From Selaginella moellendorffii (Eukaryota > Plantae > Lycopodiophyta), in assembly GCF_000143415.4 (NCBI RefSeq), contig NW_003314289.1:1048787-1112786 (forward strand): 64,000 nt of DNA, read 5' to 3'. Every line of letters begins with the position of its first letter. The first letter of the stretch is position 1. The position numbers and the translations under genes are program-made. This document shows, piece by piece, positions 61,723-64,000 of this stretch. The notes below the pieces were generated by a model that worked only from the letters and a program-made list of their open reading frames with translations, was not told the origin of the DNA and made no database searches.

Positions 61723-63387
61723 ATGGACAAAGCCCAGTGCGTGGAGCTCATTCGATCGTGCAAAAGCCTTCCAATGGCCCAGGAGATCCACAAACGCATC
61801 CAGGCGAATCCACCACTCTCACCACACGAGAGCCTCTTTGTCTCCAACAATCTCCTCGCACTGTTTAACCAGTTTGGCAGCCTCGCAAATGCCCGAAGCG
61901 TCTTTGATCGCATCGAGAACAAGGATGTTTTCTCGCTGGTTCTTATGATCTGTGGCTACTCTCGCAGCGGGCAAGTTTCCAATGCAAAAGCCATCTTTGA
62001 TTCCATACCCGAGAAGAATCTTACAAGCTGGAACACTATGGTGGCAGCATATGCCAAGAATGGGTATCTGGACGAGGCAGAAGTTTTGTTTCAAGAGATG
62101 CCATTTCATGATGCCGTGTCATGCAACACGCTCATAGCTGCACACTCGCAAAGAGGGCATTTGGATACTGCAAAGGGGATCTTTGATGACATGCTTTTTA
62201 AAACTCTACCATGCTGGAATGCCATGCTGTTTGCATATGCCACAGGTCGGGATCTTGTACAAGCAAGACAGACATTTCACTCAATGCCTGCTCGAAATCT
62301 GATCTCTTGGACATCATTCTTAAACGCACTAATCATGGAGGAAGATCTTCAAATGACTAGAAAGTGTTTTAACGAAATGCCCTGCTGGAATCTGTTTGCC
62401 TGTAACTCAGTACTTTCCGCATATGCCCGAAAGGGAAATCTTCTCGAAGCCACGCTAACCTTTGACACAATGCTCGAGAGGGATATAATCACTTACACAA
62501 ACATGCTGGAAGCTTTCATCCACAACGGTTGCCTCTTTGAAGCCACCAATTTGTTCTCGCGGATGCCACAGCGGGATCTCGTGGCCTACACCGTAATGCA
62601 ATCGGCCTACGCTCAAAACGGCGAGCTCGAGAGAGCCGAGGCCATCTTCAACTCCATGCCGCAGCGTGATCTCGTCTCTTGGAACGCCATGATCGGGGCT
62701 TACTCCCAACACGGCCGAGTCGAGCAAGCAAAGTTTCTCTTTGATTCCATGGCCGAGAGAAACTTGGTCTCCTGGACCTCAATGCTCACGGCTTACACAA
62801 TAAGTGGCTACTTCTCGCAAGCAAAGCTCGTCTTTCTCGACATGTCCGAGCAAAACTCCGTCTCGTGGAATGCAATCCTTTGCATGTATGCTCAGCACGG
62901 CCATTTGAGCTCCGCAAGGAAGATTTTCAATGCCATGCCCGAGCAAGGAGTGGTATCATGGAGCGCCATGCTCGCTGCCCACGTAAGAAACTTGTCCTCT
63001 TCCCGTGCTCTCGAGCTCTTTGACGAGATGAAAGCTTTGCATTGTCCCGATGAAGCTTGCTTCTTCTCGGCTATGGTTTCGTTTGGGCAGCAAGGCTGCA
63101 TCTCCAGAGCCAAGTCTTGCTTTGGTTCCATGGTGGCCGACTATGAAGTGGCGCCATCAAAGCAGCACTACTGTTGCATGGTGGATTTGCTCGTTCGATC
63201 TGGGAGAAGTTTGGAGGCCGAGGAACTTGTGTTGGCCATGCCTTTTGAGCCCAGTAACTTGGAATGGTCGTGCTTGCTGCGTGAAAGAAACTCCAGCTCG
63301 ATGTTAATCACCAGAGGCAAGCATGCTTTAAGATCAAGTTCCTCGGATGGAGCGGTATACGTGCTGCTTGCCAATGCATTAACTTGA
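61723..63387 (+). CDS. PLS-class pentatricopeptide repeat protein with a truncated E-type C-terminus (554 aa)
   Basis: Uninterrupted ORF of 31-aa S-type repeats (MPQRDLVSWNAMIGAYSQHG), HYCCMVDLL, MPFEP, YVLLAN; no DYW domain. Confidence 0.92.
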   Translation: MDKAQCVELIRSCKSLPMAQEIHKRIQANPPLSPHESLFVSNNLLALFNQFGSLANARSVFDRIENKDVFSLVLMICGYSRSGQVSNAKAIFDSIPEKNLTSWNTMVAAYAKNGYLDEAEVLFQEMPFHDAVSCNTLIAAHSQRGHLDTAKGIFDDMLFKTLPCWNAMLFAYATGRDLVQARQTFHSMPARNLISWTSFLNALIMEEDLQMTRKCFNEMPCWNLFACNSVLSAYARKGNLLEATLTFDTMLERDIITYTNMLEAFIHNGCLFEATNLFSRMPQRDLVAYTVMQSAYAQNGELERAEAIFNSMPQRDLVSWNAMIGAYSQHGRVEQAKFLFDSMAERNLVSWTSMLTAYTISGYFSQAKLVFLDMSEQNSVSWNAILCMYAQHGHLSSARKIFNAMPEQGVVSWSAMLAAHVRNLSSSRALELFDEMKALHCPDEACFFSAMVSFGQQGCISRAKSCFGSMVADYEVAPSKQHYCCMVDLLVRSGRSLEAEELVLAMPFEPSNLEWSCLLRERNSSSMLITRGKHALRSSSSDGAVYVLLANALT

Positions 63388-64000
63388 AAGCTAAATATGA
63401 AACCTGTAGATTAAAAAGATGGCTCATTTCAAGGGCTTTATTTCACAATGGCACTTGAGTAAGTTCTGGTTTTGCTGCCTCTATGTCTCCTTCAGTTTGG
63501 GTTGCCACACAGATAGTCGATTGGCTTCCTGGTCAGCCCATGGTCAACCTTAATCAGTATGCTGGAAGAGGGCTGTGGTCTCTTCTACTGGTTCTATGAG
63601 GCCGAATGTTCTCCGCTTGCTCTTGCTCAATGGAGGAAGATAAACACATCTAATAGCACCTTTATACAAAAAGGTGCAACGATAGTTAAAGAAGCTAGTT
63701 ATTAATATTAGTGCTTCCAATAGAGACAACGATTTTTACATGGGAAAGCTATGCAGGTTTCTTTCCTTATGAAGTTGTCAAATTTGGTTGATTATTCATT
63801 CTGTAGGTCTTTATATTCCAACTTTTGGCACTGGAGATTTTGGCTAAAACCAAGCACCTATATCAACCTTAAGGGAATTGCTGTAAGTGCCAAATGATAG
63901 TTATCAACTTCTTTTATAATTGTTTTTGGGCTGTATAGATTGGAAATGTGTGGACTCATTCAACAAATTGATGGTCCTAGCATGTATGAGTTTTAATATA

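Larger units (their letters stand above)
25560..63716. repeat. Four-copy tandem segmental duplication; units approx. 25560-34570, 34571-44940, 44941-54111, 54112-63716
   Basis: Same gene order (precursor, BURP, pseudo-BURP, TBC, PPR) recurs four times. BURP ATGs at 28335, 37713, 47609 and 56623 give periods of 9378, 9896 and 9014 bp. Confidence 0.95.

Noticed and set aside
59663-63387. TBC and PPR genes as pathway members (vesicle trafficking or regulation)
   Set aside because: Extra copies are decaying and no known link to RiPP maturation exists; treated as passengers.

Overview
Eukaryotic plant DNA. The ~50-70 nt GT-AG introns, dense gene spacing and PLS-class PPR style suggest the lycophyte Selaginella (inference). 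1-12.2 kb is gene-rich: 3' part of an RBBP5/Swd1 WD40 gene with two decayed copies, an RNR small-subunit fragment, a single-domain DUF26/Gnk2 secreted protein, an organellar DEAD-box helicase and an intronless Fic-domain gene. 13-24 kb is decayed, nested Ty3/Gypsy DNA. About 25.5-63.7 kb is four tandem copies of a 9-10 kb unit. The key signal is that each unit carries a secreted, repeat-rich peptide precursor gene (- strand; 15-aa repeats NKE[A/V]KQANPE[S/A]-core, cores ILLY/FVFY/FFFY/FLFY, 33 in total) head-to-head with a stand-alone BURP-domain gene (+ strand). This is a candidate 'split' burpitide / cyclopeptide-alkaloid RiPP gene cluster. Each unit also carries a second decayed BURP, relics of other precursor families (xFWY, LLLY), Fic-gene relics, a TBC Rab-GAP and a PPR gene, most of them pseudogenised. 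Exon boundaries were read by eye from GT-AG signals; no database searches were run.
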